A stretch of 64,000 nucleotides of DNA, taken from contig CBDBLV010000005.1 of NCBI GenBank assembly GCA_965207225.1, positions 1,088,001-1,152,000 of the forward strand, read 5' to 3'. The notes under the pieces were generated by a model. The model did no database searches and was not told the origin of the DNA. It saw only the letters and a program-made list of their open reading frames with translations. Of this stretch, positions 18,362-28,499 are shown piece by piece; the first letter of the stretch is position 1, and each line of letters starts with the position of its first letter. The stretch comes from Dehalococcoidia bacterium (lineage in GTDB: Bacteria; Chloroflexota; Dehalococcoidia; Plut-88900). A program made the position numbers and the translations under genes.

Positions 18362-19282
18362 CTACCTAAACCCGGGCATCACTTCTTTGGCGAAACGTTC
18401 TGCCTGGTGTATTCCTTCTTCCGGGTGGCAGACCAGGTTCATGACGAATTCGGTTACGCCGATGTCTATGAAGGACTGCAGGGTGTCCCGTATGTGGCCG
18501 GGGGCGCCGAGGAGGTGAGGGGAGTCGGGGGGGATGTTGGTCTCGCGGTTGGCGCGGATGGTGTAGACGTCGGAGGCTATATTGGCAGCCTCCTCCGTAC
18601 TGCCTGCGAAGCAGAGGAAGATGTGCATTGCCCTGGTCATGGTCGATGGATCGCGGCCCGAGTCACGGGCGGACTGCTCGGCGCCTTCGAACATGGCCCT
18701 GGCGTCGTCGGGGGTTGTGCCTACGGGAATCAGGGAGTCGGCGAAGCGACCGGCACGGCGGACGACGGTAGCTGCGCCGCCGCCCACGTGAATCCGGGGG
18801 TGGGGCTTTTGCACGGGCCTGGGGACCAGCTGGTAGCCGTCCAGGTCGAAGTGCCTGCCGTGGAAGGTCACGGAGTCCTCGGTCCAGAGCCTCTTGATGA
18901 TTGCGAGGGATTCGTCGGAGCGGGTTGCCCTTTCCCGGGCGTTGCCGCCGTAGGCTGCGAGGTCAGGGGTGTCGTTGCCCACACCCACGCCGAGGACAAC
19001 CCGGCCCCCGGACAGGATGTCGAGGCTGGCCACGGTCTGGGCCACGAGGATGGGGTTCCGGATGGGAAGGAGCGTCACGGAGGGGCCAAGGGTGAGCCTG
19101 CTGGTGTGAGCCGCAATGAAGGACAGCGCGGTGAAGCACTCCAAAGAATGGGCTCCCGAGGAGATGTTCTCCGTGACCCAAATGGAGTCGAAGCCCAGCT
19201 CTTCGATGCGTCGGGCGTAGGCGGGGAGGTCTGTGAAGTCGGGCCTTTCCGAATATGTTACTCCGAATTTGATGTCCGCCAT
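18362..19282 (-). CDS. LLM-class flavin-dependent oxidoreductase
   Basis: GFDSIWVTE, ASLDILSGGR..LGVGVG, PRPVQKPHP.I.VGG. Confidence 0.92.
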   Translation of the reverse strand: MADIKFGVTYSERPDFTDLPAYARRIEELGFDSIWVTENISSGAHSLECFTALSFIAAHTSRLTLGPSVTLLPIRNPILVAQTVASLDILSGGRVVLGVGVGNDTPDLAAYGGNARERATRSDESLAIIKRLWTEDSVTFHGRHFDLDGYQLVPRPVQKPHPRIHVGGGAATVVRRAGRFADSLIPVGTTPDDARAMFEGAEQSARDSGRDPSTMTRAMHIFLCFAGSTEEAANIASDVYTIRANRETNIPPDSPHLLGAPGHIRDTLQSFIDIGVTEFVMNLVCHPEEGIHQAERFAKEVMPGFR

Positions 19283-19297
19283 CAGAGGACTCTCCCG

Positions 19298-20218
19298 TTA
19301 TTTGAAATGGGGCATAACCTCTTGGGCGAACCTAGCCGCCTGACCTATCCCCTCCTCCGGCGGGCACACGACGTTCAGGACGAACTCCGTCACCCCGACG
19401 TCTATGAAGGACTGCACGGTGTCCCGTATTCGGTCGGCTGTGCCGAGGAGGTGGGGGGCGTCGGGGGGAACGTTGGTCTGGCTGTTGTAGCGTCGGGTGA
19501 AAACTCCGGAGGCTATGCCGGCGGCTTGTTCTGAGCTATTCGCGAAGCATAGGAAGAGGTGCATGACCCTGGTCATGGTGGATGGGTCGCGGCCGGAGTC
19601 CCGGGCGGTCTGCTCTGCGCTTTCGAACATGGCCCTGGCCTCGGCGGGGGTCTTGCTTACGGGGATTAGGGAGTCGGCGAAGCGGCCGGCCCGGCGGACG
19701 ACGGTGGCTGCGCCGCCGCCCACATGAATCCGGGGGTGGGGCTTCTGGACGGGCCTGGGGATAAGCTGGTAGTTATCCATGTCGAAATGCTTGCCGTGGA
19801 AGGTCACTGAGTCCTCGGTCCACAGTCTCTTGATGATTTCGAGGGCCTCGTTGGAGCGGCTTGCCCGTTCCCGGAAGTCGACCCCGTGGGCCGCCAGATC
19901 GGGGGTGACTTCACCCACGCCGACTCCCAGGACCACTCGTCCTCCGGACAGGATGTCGAGGCTGGCCACGGTCTGGGCCACGAGGATGGGGTTCCTGACA
20001 GGGAGGAGCATCACGGAGGGGCCGAGCATGAGCTTGTTGGTGTGGGCAGCCATGAAGGACAGGGCGGTGAAGCACTCCAGAGCGGGGGCTCCAGAGGAGA
20101 TGTTTTCGGTGACCCAGATGGAGGCGAAGCCCAGGTCCTCCACGCGTCGGGCGTAGGCGGGGAGGTCTGTGAAGTCGGGCCTTTCCGAATAGGTCACTCC
20201 GAACTTGATGTCAGCCAT
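19298..20218 (-). CDS. LLM-class oxidoreductase, recent tandem paralog
   Basis: Highly similar to 18362-19282 at the protein and DNA level. Confidence 0.92.
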   Translation of the reverse strand: MADIKFGVTYSERPDFTDLPAYARRVEDLGFASIWVTENISSGAPALECFTALSFMAAHTNKLMLGPSVMLLPVRNPILVAQTVASLDILSGGRVVLGVGVGEVTPDLAAHGVDFRERASRSNEALEIIKRLWTEDSVTFHGKHFDMDNYQLIPRPVQKPHPRIHVGGGAATVVRRAGRFADSLIPVSKTPAEARAMFESAEQTARDSGRDPSTMTRVMHLFLCFANSSEQAAGIASGVFTRRYNSQTNVPPDAPHLLGTADRIRDTVQSFIDVGVTEFVLNVVCPPEEGIGQAARFAQEVMPHFK

Positions 20219-20233
20219 GGGCACGGGTCCTCC

Positions 20234-21151
20234 TTACTTGAAATAGGGCATGACTTCCCGGGCAGCCTTCTCGACCGTTGACGGCAGCTGGTCAAAGGCG
20301 CATGCCGGGTCCAGTATGACGTGGGACACGCCTATGGCCTGGTACTCTTTCAACGCGCGTACGCACTGCTCCACCGTTCCCACCACGGAGTTGACGCCGG
20401 CATGGACGTGGGAAACGGGGTAGGTGTAGCGTTCTTCGAGGGTGGCGCGGGCGTCGGCCTGGGCCTTTTCGCCGGACTCGGCGAAGTGGACGTACAGGTA
20501 GATGGCGTTGGTGAATTCTTTGTCTTGCCGACCCCATTCGCGGCGATATTCGTCGACCTTGCGGAACATTTCCGCCGTTTCCTGGGGGTGGGTGTGGGCG
20601 GGGAAGAAGCCGTCACCCCACCTACCGGCTCTTCGGAGGACTGGCGGGGCGTCGCCGCCGAGCCAGACGGGGGGATGGGGCCTCTGGTAGGGTCGGGCGC
20701 CGAGGGCGTATTCGGAGAACTTGGAGAACTGGCCGTTGAAGGAGTAGGGTTCGCCGGTCCAGAGGTTAGTCATGATCTCCAGGGTCTCGTTGCAGCGCTT
20801 GCCGCGTTCGGCGACGGGGACTCCATAGGCCTCGTAACCTTCGACGGCGTTGCCTCCCGCCCCGACCCCGAGGATGAACCGGCCCTCGGAGAGGTGGTCG
20901 ACGGTGGCTACGGCATGGGCAAATCCGACGGGGTTCCTGAGCGGGAGCAATACGACCGCCGGGCCTATGTTGATACGCTCGGTGTAGGCGGCGAACTGGC
21001 TGAGAACCACCATGGGTTCGAGGGCCTCGGGGCCGCTGTGGACGTTCTCGGTGACCCAGAGGGAATCGTAGCCCGAGGACTCCACCAGCCGCGCCGAGTC
21101 CCGGACCTGCTTTGCGTCCTGGTAGTAGGCGTAAGATATGCCGAATTTCAT
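20234..21151 (-). CDS. LLM-class oxidoreductase
   Basis: GYDSLWVTE, ATVDHLSEGRFILGVG. Confidence 0.92.
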   Translation of the reverse strand: MKFGISYAYYQDAKQVRDSARLVESSGYDSLWVTENVHSGPEALEPMVVLSQFAAYTERINIGPAVVLLPLRNPVGFAHAVATVDHLSEGRFILGVGAGGNAVEGYEAYGVPVAERGKRCNETLEIMTNLWTGEPYSFNGQFSKFSEYALGARPYQRPHPPVWLGGDAPPVLRRAGRWGDGFFPAHTHPQETAEMFRKVDEYRREWGRQDKEFTNAIYLYVHFAESGEKAQADARATLEERYTYPVSHVHAGVNSVVGTVEQCVRALKEYQAIGVSHVILDPACAFDQLPSTVEKAAREVMPYFK

Positions 21152-21179
21152 GTACTGATCCTTGTCTGGTTTCTCGGGG

Positions 21180-22202
21180 CTAGGTCATGAGGAAGCCGTG
21201 CTTGAGGGGGTCATCGGGGTCCAGGACGAACTGGTGCATGGCTGTGATGTGGCCTGAGCCCGTGAGCTCCGGCACGATGGCCTTGTAGTTTCCGATCATT
21301 GTTTCCTCCACGGCCCGGACACGGAAGAGCGTACCGATGTAGCTTTCGTATACGAACTCCTCGCCCAAGCCGATCTTGCCATCGGCGTAGAGGGTTGCGA
21401 GTCGGGAGCAGGTGCCTGTGCCACAGGGAGAGCGGTCGATGCTGTTGGGGGGAATGACGACCACGTTCTTGGAGTGGGCGTCGGGGTGGGTGGGGGGGCC
21501 GTAGAATTGGACCTGCATGGTGCCGCCGTAGTGAGACTGTTCTCGATCGTCGAGCCCCGGGTGGACGATGTGGAGCTGTTCAAGGGCATCGTCGCGGATG
21601 CTTATGCCGGAGGTTATGATCCTGTCCAGTTCACCTTCTTTCAGGGTTAGCCCCGCCGATTCTGCGGGGACTAGCAGGTAGTACATTCCGCCGTAGGCGA
21701 TGTCGAGCACAATTTCGCCGAACTCCCTTGTATTGAGCTTGACTCCCTTTTCGTACAGGAAAGCCGGGACGTTGCGGATGGTGACCGACCTGGCGCGTCC
21801 GTTTTCGACCGAGACCCGGGCCTCTATCAGACCAGCCAGGGTTTCCAAATTGATTTTCGTAACCGGCTCCTCGACCTGCACCATTCCGGTTTCGACGAGG
21901 ACGGTGCAGGTAGCAATGGTGCAGTGGCCGCACATGGGGACGTAGCCCTGGGGTTCCAGGATGAGCATACCGAGGTCGGCGCCGGGGGCTGAGGACTCGG
22001 TGATGACGGTGGCGCACATGCCGGAGTGGCCGCGGGGCTCGAAGAGGACAGCGGTGCGAAGGTGATCCATCTCGTCGCGGAGGTACTGGGTCTTCTCGAC
22101 GACCGTGTTGCCGGGGATCACAGGAAAGCCGCCGGTTATGACCCTGAGGGGACAGCCGGCGGCGTGGGCCTCGACGCTGGAGATGACGTTGGAGAAGTTC
22201 AT
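21180..22202 (-). CDS. Proline racemase / hydroxyproline epimerase family
   Basis: EPRGH, PMCGH and DRSPCGTG give the Cys/Cys catalytic pair. Confidence 0.92.
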   Translation of the reverse strand: MNFSNVISSVEAHAAGCPLRVITGGFPVIPGNTVVEKTQYLRDEMDHLRTAVLFEPRGHSGMCATVITESSAPGADLGMLILEPQGYVPMCGHCTIATCTVLVETGMVQVEEPVTKINLETLAGLIEARVSVENGRARSVTIRNVPAFLYEKGVKLNTREFGEIVLDIAYGGMYYLLVPAESAGLTLKEGELDRIITSGISIRDDALEQLHIVHPGLDDREQSHYGGTMQVQFYGPPTHPDAHSKNVVVIPPNSIDRSPCGTGTCSRLATLYADGKIGLGEEFVYESYIGTLFRVRAVEETMIGNYKAIVPELTGSGHITAMHQFVLDPDDPLKHGFLMT

Positions 22203-22379
22203 GGATTACTAAGCCGACGCCCTTTATGGGGTCTTTGCTCAACAGAACGGTGCGTCTTTAGTACCTCCCAGATCGCTTAACCCCCTACCCCGCTCGCACT
22301 TCGAGTGCCTCAGAACGAGCGGCCCCGGGACCCCAGAGGGATATTTGGAAAGGTCTTAGAGGGCAGGAGGGAATCTTTT

Positions 22380-23357
22380 CTATAGCTGATAGGCTACATC
22401 TACCCCAGGAGTGATTTGCCAGGAGCCGTTTCGGCGGACGTAGAATTCGAGGCGGATGCCATCGGGGTCGAGGAGGAAGAAGCTGCGCTTGGCGGGGGAG
22501 TCGATGCTGACTTCCGGTTCGATGCCCCTGGCACGGACGGCGGATTCCGCGGTTTCAAGCTCCTGCTCGGACTGGAGCTCAAAGCCGACGTGGTGCATGC
22601 CGGGGGTGCGGGCCTCGGTCAGGGGAACTATCGCGAGGTCTCGTCTGCCGAGGGGGCCGGTGAATACGGTGTAGGAGCCGTCATCCGCCGAGTGCGCCAC
22701 CTCCAGCCCGGCCACGTCCTTGTAGAAGTCGACAAGGCCCTGATAGTCCTCGGCCACGATTACTCCGTATCCCACCTGCCTACTGGGGATCATGGCGCCG
22801 GGCTGGGGGATGAGTTCGGGGTCCACGGCGTAGCGGGGGTCTGTGGAACGCTCAGCGTTGTCGGGGGTCCACTTGACGGTCAGGACTTCGGTGTTGCCAT
22901 GCTGCCAGACTTCTCGCCAATCCTTCGCGGCGTCGGCGTAGAACTCGTGGTAGTTGCCCTCGGGGTCGAAGAGGTAGACGCTGTGGGAGACCTGGTGGTC
23001 GGCGGTGCGGTGGATGGGCAGTCCCGACTCGAGGGCCCGTTCGTAGGCCTCAAGGAGGACGGCTTCGTTCTCCATCTCCCAGCCGAAGTGGTTGAGGCCG
23101 GGCGTCATGCCTCGCTTCTCCGAAATCAGCGAGGACCCGTCACCCGCCTTTCGGGCCTTCCTGGAGACCTCGATCAGGGCGACGTCGTGGTGGGAGCTGC
23201 CGTTGCTGAGGAAGATGGCCTTGATGGGGGGCTCACGGAAGACCTCGGTCAACCCGCATACATTGGTGTAGAACTCCGACGAGCGCTCCAATTCACCCAC
23301 GAACAGGTTGGCGTGGCCCAGGCGTCGGGGGCTGAACATTACGTTTTGGTTGGCCAT
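22380..23357 (-). CDS. VOC-family extradiol dioxygenase-like protein
   Basis: RRLGHANL, HHDVAL, GLNHFGWE, SVYLFDPEGN.HEFY; two VOC domains. Confidence 0.85.
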   Translation of the reverse strand: MANQNVMFSPRRLGHANLFVGELERSSEFYTNVCGLTEVFREPPIKAIFLSNGSSHHDVALIEVSRKARKAGDGSSLISEKRGMTPGLNHFGWEMENEAVLLEAYERALESGLPIHRTADHQVSHSVYLFDPEGNYHEFYADAAKDWREVWQHGNTEVLTVKWTPDNAERSTDPRYAVDPELIPQPGAMIPSRQVGYGVIVAEDYQGLVDFYKDVAGLEVAHSADDGSYTVFTGPLGRRDLAIVPLTEARTPGMHHVGFELQSEQELETAESAVRARGIEPEVSIDSPAKRSFFLLDPDGIRLEFYVRRNGSWQITPGVDVAYQL

Positions 23358-23587
23358 CTCGGTTTCTCCTGTTGATTAAAAGGCGTTTTTGTTTGACGGG
23401 GCTCCTGCCTAGCTATTGATTCCGTCTGTTGTTTTGAACATCTAACCGTAATACCTCCCCCCGCTCATACCCTTCGACTAAGCTCAGGACATGCTTCGAG
23501 TGCCTCAGCATGAGCGGCCCCTGCCCCACCGGGAGACATTGTGCAATTGTCACCTGTTCGGGAGAGGACATTACGAAGGGAGTTCCT

Positions 23588-24679
23588 CTACAACCCGTGG
23601 ACTTTTGCTACGTTGCCGCCGACGAGTTTTTCCTGCTCCTCGGTGGAGAGGCCGTCGAGGATGCGCTCAAGGGACTGGTGGGCGTCGAGGCCTATGGAGC
23701 GGATGTGGGGGAAGTCGGAACCCCACATCACGCCGTCGGCGCCGATGTGCCGGACTGCGTCCCGGCCGAAGGGGTCGTCGATCATGCCGTGCCACATGCG
23801 TTTCTTGATGTAGTCGCTGGCGAGCAGGTCGAGTTTTTCCATGGGCATCCGGTGGGCGGCGGCTCCCTGGACCTGGTCCATGCGGAACATGAACATGGGC
23901 ACCCAGGAAATCTCCCACTCGGCGCAGATGAGCTTCAGCTTGGGGAAACGGTCCAGGATCTTGCCGAAGATGAAGTCGTCGGCGAGGGTGGTGGTGAGCT
24001 CAAGGAAGAGGTCGACCCAGGTGCTGGGGGCGCGCTCCATGTCCTCCCTGGTGTGGAAGTGGAGGGGGTCGGGGACCCGGCCGGTTATCGAGTGCAGGGT
24101 GATGGCTATACCGGCATCTTCGGCGGCTGCCCAGAAGGGATCGTAGTATTTGTCCCTGTAGGGTTTCGAGCCTTCGGGGGGGACTACGTTAATCATTGCG
24201 CCCTTGAGGCCCTTCTTTGAAATGCGTTCAAGCTCTGCGAGGCCCCAGTCCACATCCTCCATAGGGATGGCGCCGATGCCGATCAGGGTGCTGGGGCTGT
24301 AGGAGACGAAATCGGCGAGCCAGTCGTTGTAGGCCTGGGAGGACGCCCTGACGACTTCACGGTCCCGGCCCTGCATGGCGAGCATCATGAGGGTCGGGTT
24401 CAGGACCTCGGCTTCGACTTTCGCTTCCTCCTGGAACCGCACGCGCACGGCCGGGTCCTTGCCTGCGTCCTCCAGTTCGCCCATGTCCGACATTTCGGCC
24501 TCGGTCTCGTCGATCTTCAGATACTGGGCGCCGGTATAGAAGAAGCGGCCCTGCTTGCCCAGGTATTCGTTGACGATGCGGGGCGTCCGTTCGCCGAACC
24601 TGGAGCCGATGGCGTTCCACCAGAGGTCGGTGGGTTCGACAACGTGGGAGTCGGCCGAGATAACTCTGTCAAACTTCAA
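23588..24679 (-). CDS. Amidohydrolase_2 family
   Basis: ISADSHVVEP, AYNDW, WGSDFPH; TTG start after AGGAGG. Confidence 0.9.
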   Translation of the reverse strand: MKFDRVISADSHVVEPTDLWWNAIGSRFGERTPRIVNEYLGKQGRFFYTGAQYLKIDETEAEMSDMGELEDAGKDPAVRVRFQEEAKVEAEVLNPTLMMLAMQGRDREVVRASSQAYNDWLADFVSYSPSTLIGIGAIPMEDVDWGLAELERISKKGLKGAMINVVPPEGSKPYRDKYYDPFWAAAEDAGIAITLHSITGRVPDPLHFHTREDMERAPSTWVDLFLELTTTLADDFIFGKILDRFPKLKLICAEWEISWVPMFMFRMDQVQGAAAHRMPMEKLDLLASDYIKKRMWHGMIDDPFGRDAVRHIGADGVMWGSDFPHIRSIGLDAHQSLERILDGLSTEEQEKLVGGNVAKVHGL

Positions 24680-25062
24680 GAAATTCCTCCTGTGAGTCGC
24701 CTTTTGAGACCAGGGACTTGGGCAACCACTGATTACACCTCTTCTATTGCCCGTGTCCCCAATACACTTCCCGCTCATACTTCGAGTGCCTCAGCATGAG
24801 CGCCCTCAGCCCCACCATCCGACTCTATACAAATGTCAGTTAGTGGGAAGAGTCCAAGGTGCTTCCTGCCGCTCGATTCTACCCAAAACCGCTCGGAGCT
24901 TCAATCGGGCGCCCCGAACCATTCCGCTCTTGAGACCCTTCGAGAGCCTCAGGGCGAGCGGAATGCCCAACCCCCGGGGATGGATTCACGCCATAGGTGC
25001 ACTTGCAGCCGGCTCGGAGGCCGGAATGACGACTGCGGCAATTGGAGCGGTGGGTGGATGTG

Positions 25063-26169
25063 CTACGAGTCGAAGATGTCCAGGGGGAGGAAGGCGGAGA
25101 CGCAGACGTTGGGGAGGTCGACGACTTCGCTGACCTTGAAGTCGACGGCGACGCTGCAGATGACGTATGCCTGCTCCCGGCTGTAGCCGCGGTCCATGAG
25201 CAGGTTGACCATGTTGAGGAGGGCCTGCCGGGTGGCGAGGGTGACGTTGCCGGAGTCGTTCTTGCCGTCGGCGATGGGCATGCCGGTGGTGGCGATGAAA
25301 CGCTTGGGTGCTGCGATCTCGGGGGAGGTCCAGTAGGTGTCGGACTCGAAGATGGGGAAGCGGATGTTGCCCCTCTCGGCTGCTCCCTCCCTGATGCGGA
25401 AGCGGGCGTGGATGGCTGCGGACATCTCGATGGCGGTGCCGCAGCACTCGCTGTCTCCCTGGGCGAAGTGGGCGTCGCCTGCCGAGAAGAGACCTCCTTC
25501 GACGAACACGGGGCAGAGGAGTCGGACTCCCTTGGTCAACTGCCTGATGTCCATGTTCCCGCCGTTCTCCCTGGGGGGCATGGTCCTGAGGCCCTCTGAG
25601 GCAATGGGATCCCAGGATGGTACGGCGCCTACCTTGTTCGGGGGCAGGGCAGTACCGCCAGCCTCAGCGGCGCGGGCCTCGCGCTCCCGACACTCCTCCA
25701 GCAAAGCCCGGGAGGGGGCTACACCAATGGTGCCCATGAAGGAGGACTCGGGGACACGGACACCCGGGACCTGCTCCGAGACTGCGTGCTTCCCGTCCAT
25801 CGACCACTTGGCGAGGAAGGGCTCGGTGTAGAGGTCGGCGAGGAAGCCGAAGCCCGGCTTGATGGAGGTGAAGCCGAAGGTGCCGGGTACGATGTCTATG
25901 ATGTCGATTTCCAGCAGGTCGCCGGGCTTTGCGCCCTTGACGTAGACGGGGCCGGTGAGTGGGTGGACGACGTCACGGCTGAAGCCGAGGAGGGACTGGG
26001 AAGTGGAGTCGGGGGTGCACTGACCGTCGGAGGCGTCACGGGTCTGCATGTAGACCTCTTCATCGGGGTCTACTTCCAGGGCGGGGGGGATGTCGGGGTG
26101 CCAGCGGTTGTGGCACTTCTTGGGTTCGTCGGCGCACCTCTTGGAATAGTCGATCTCTATGGTCTTCAT
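25063..26169 (-). CDS. Acetamidase/formamidase family
   Basis: HNRWHPDIPP, HPLTGPVYV.GA.PGD, PRENGGNMD, GDAHFAQGDSE. Confidence 0.92.
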   Translation of the reverse strand: MKTIEIDYSKRCADEPKKCHNRWHPDIPPALEVDPDEEVYMQTRDASDGQCTPDSTSQSLLGFSRDVVHPLTGPVYVKGAKPGDLLEIDIIDIVPGTFGFTSIKPGFGFLADLYTEPFLAKWSMDGKHAVSEQVPGVRVPESSFMGTIGVAPSRALLEECREREARAAEAGGTALPPNKVGAVPSWDPIASEGLRTMPPRENGGNMDIRQLTKGVRLLCPVFVEGGLFSAGDAHFAQGDSECCGTAIEMSAAIHARFRIREGAAERGNIRFPIFESDTYWTSPEIAAPKRFIATTGMPIADGKNDSGNVTLATRQALLNMVNLLMDRGYSREQAYVICSVAVDFKVSEVVDLPNVCVSAFLPLDIFDS

Positions 26170-26182
26170 TTTTCGCCACTCC

Positions 26183-27289
26183 CTAACCTTCAAAGATGTC
26201 CAGGGGCAGAAAGGCGGAAACGCAGACGTTGGGGAGGTCCACGACCTCGCTGACCTTGAAGTCCACGGCCACGCTGGTGATGCAGTAGGCCTGCGCCCGG
26301 CTGAAGCCACGGCCTTCAAGGAGGTCGATCATGTTGAGCAGGGCCTGTCGGGTGGCGAGGGTGATGTTGCCCGACTCGTTGCGCCCGTTTTCGATGGGCA
26401 TGCCGGTGGTGGCGATGAAGCGTTTGGGGGCAGCCATCTCAGGGGAGGTCCAGTAGGTATCCGACTCGAATAAGGGGAAGCGGATGTTGCCTTTTTCGGC
26501 GGCGCCCTCTCTTATTCGGAACCGGGCGTGGATGGCTGCAGCCATCTCGACCGCCGTGCCACAGGTCTCGCCGTCACCCTGGGCGAAATGGCCGTCGCCG
26601 CAGGAGAACATGCCGCCGTCGACGAAGACGGGGCAGAGAAGGCGAACGCCCTTTGTAAGCTGCTTGATGTCCATGTTGCCGCCGTTCTCCCGAGGCGGGA
26701 TGGTCCTGAGGCCTTCGGAGGCGACGGGTTCCCATGTGGGGGCGGCGCCCGATTTGTCGGGGGGTTCGGCGACGCCTCCGGCCTCGGCAGCGCGGGCCTC
26801 GCGCTCCCGGCACTCTTCGAGGAGGGCCCGGGAGGGGGCAACGCCGATGGTGCCCATGAAGGAGGCCTCGGGGATGCGGACGCCGGGCAGCTGCTCCGAT
26901 ACGGCGTGCTTTCCGTCCATCGACCACTTGACGAGGAAGGGGTCGGTGAACAGGTCCGAGAGGAAGCCGAAGTGGGGCAGGATGCCAGTGAAGCCAAAGG
27001 TCCCGGGCACGATGTCTATGATGTCGATCTCGAGGAGGTCACCGGGCTTGGCGCCCTTGACGTAGACGGGCCCGGTCATGGGGTGGACAACTCCGCCGTC
27101 GATGTTGGGGACGTCTTCTAGCGTTGATTCAGGAGTAATCTGGCCGTCGAGGGCGTCGCGGGTCTGGAGGTAGACCTCCTCTTCGGGGTCGACCTCCAGG
27201 GCGGGGGGGATGTCGGGGTGCCAGCGGTTGTGAACCTTGCCATCCTCCTCCCAGCACCTCTTCGAGAAGTCCATCTCTATGGTTTTCAT
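26183..27289 (-). CDS. Acetamidase/formamidase family, tandem paralog
   Basis: Same motifs; close paralog of 25063-26169. Confidence 0.92.
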   Translation of the reverse strand: MKTIEMDFSKRCWEEDGKVHNRWHPDIPPALEVDPEEEVYLQTRDALDGQITPESTLEDVPNIDGGVVHPMTGPVYVKGAKPGDLLEIDIIDIVPGTFGFTGILPHFGFLSDLFTDPFLVKWSMDGKHAVSEQLPGVRIPEASFMGTIGVAPSRALLEECREREARAAEAGGVAEPPDKSGAAPTWEPVASEGLRTIPPRENGGNMDIKQLTKGVRLLCPVFVDGGMFSCGDGHFAQGDGETCGTAVEMAAAIHARFRIREGAAEKGNIRFPLFESDTYWTSPEMAAPKRFIATTGMPIENGRNESGNITLATRQALLNMIDLLEGRGFSRAQAYCITSVAVDFKVSEVVDLPNVCVSAFLPLDIFEG

Positions 27290-27382
27290 GGTTCCTCCTG
27301 CCAGTCTGCCCAGAGCGGCGCAATCTCTCGCCTACGACGGCTATACTACTACCTACCCCCTGCGATAGGAACCGTCAGACTC

Positions 27383-28369
27383 ATGGTCAAATTCGGGATC
27401 CAGGTCCCGGCTGGTCGGGAGGGCATCTACATGCCCTCCGGCTTCTCGGCGCCTGGACAGCTGATGTCCCTGTTCACGCTGGCCGAGGGGCTGGGGTTTC
27501 ACTCGGCGTGGGGTAACGACCACCTGAATACGCCAAGGGAGGCACGGCTCCGTTATGACCGGCCGCCCAACGTTTACGAGATACTAATTACCCTGGCCTC
27601 TGCGGCGGCGATTACTGAGCGGATCAGGCTCGGGGTGGCGGCGCTTTCGCTGCCGCTGCGGGAGCCCGTGGCCCTGGCGAAGCAGCTGGCTACGTTGGAC
27701 GTACTAAGCGGGGGTCGGGTGAACCTGGCGGCGGGCATCGGGCACTACCGGGACGAGTTCACCAACGTCCATCCCCGGCTGCGAAAGTCGCACCGGGGCG
27801 AGATGTTCGAGGAGGCGCTGGAGGTTCTCCACCTGATATTCACACAGGAGACGACAAGCCATTCAGGGAAGCACTACGAGTTCGAGGACATCTCCCTGCA
27901 CCCCAAGCCCGTCCAAGATCCCTTCCCGATCTATATCACCGGCACGGGGCCCAGGACCCCGGAGCGGGTGGTGAAGTGGGGCACGGGCTGGCTGCTTACG
28001 GCGGTGGGAGACCAGACGTTGGGGGAGCGGGTTGAAGCGGTGAAACGGCTGGCGGAGGAGGCGGGTCGGGACCCGGCAACGCTGGAGATGGCGCATACGA
28101 TCGCCATGCGGGTGGACCGAACCCATGAAAGGGCCGTAGAGAGGTTCCGGGACAGCGTGGTCATGAACTCACCGAGGGGGTTGGGGGAGAGGTCCTACAA
28201 GTTCACGAGGTGCGTCGGGAGTCCGGAAGAGGTAGCGGAGCAGATCCGGGGGCTGAGCGGGGAGGGGATTGAGCACGTGATCATACAGGACTTCGCTGTG
28301 GATGACTTCGAGGAGATGCGGGAGCAGGTGCAGTTCTTTGGGGAGGAGGTGCTGCCTCTCTTCGCGTGA
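27383..28369 (+). CDS. LLM-class (possibly F420-dependent) oxidoreductase
   Basis: GFHSAWGNDH, LAKQLATLDVLSGGR, PKPVQ. Confidence 0.9.
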   Translation: MVKFGIQVPAGREGIYMPSGFSAPGQLMSLFTLAEGLGFHSAWGNDHLNTPREARLRYDRPPNVYEILITLASAAAITERIRLGVAALSLPLREPVALAKQLATLDVLSGGRVNLAAGIGHYRDEFTNVHPRLRKSHRGEMFEEALEVLHLIFTQETTSHSGKHYEFEDISLHPKPVQDPFPIYITGTGPRTPERVVKWGTGWLLTAVGDQTLGERVEAVKRLAEEAGRDPATLEMAHTIAMRVDRTHERAVERFRDSVVMNSPRGLGERSYKFTRCVGSPEEVAEQIRGLSGEGIEHVIIQDFAVDDFEEMREQVQFFGEEVLPLFA

Positions 28370-28499
28370 GGAGGCTTTAGCCGGCGAGGGTTATGCCTCT
28401 GGTCACCCCCCGCTCATATTTCGAGGGCCTCAGCATGAGCGGCGCCCAGCCCCGCCAGCCGAGGACTTGCTAAGTCTTTAGCGGGGAACGTGTCGGCAG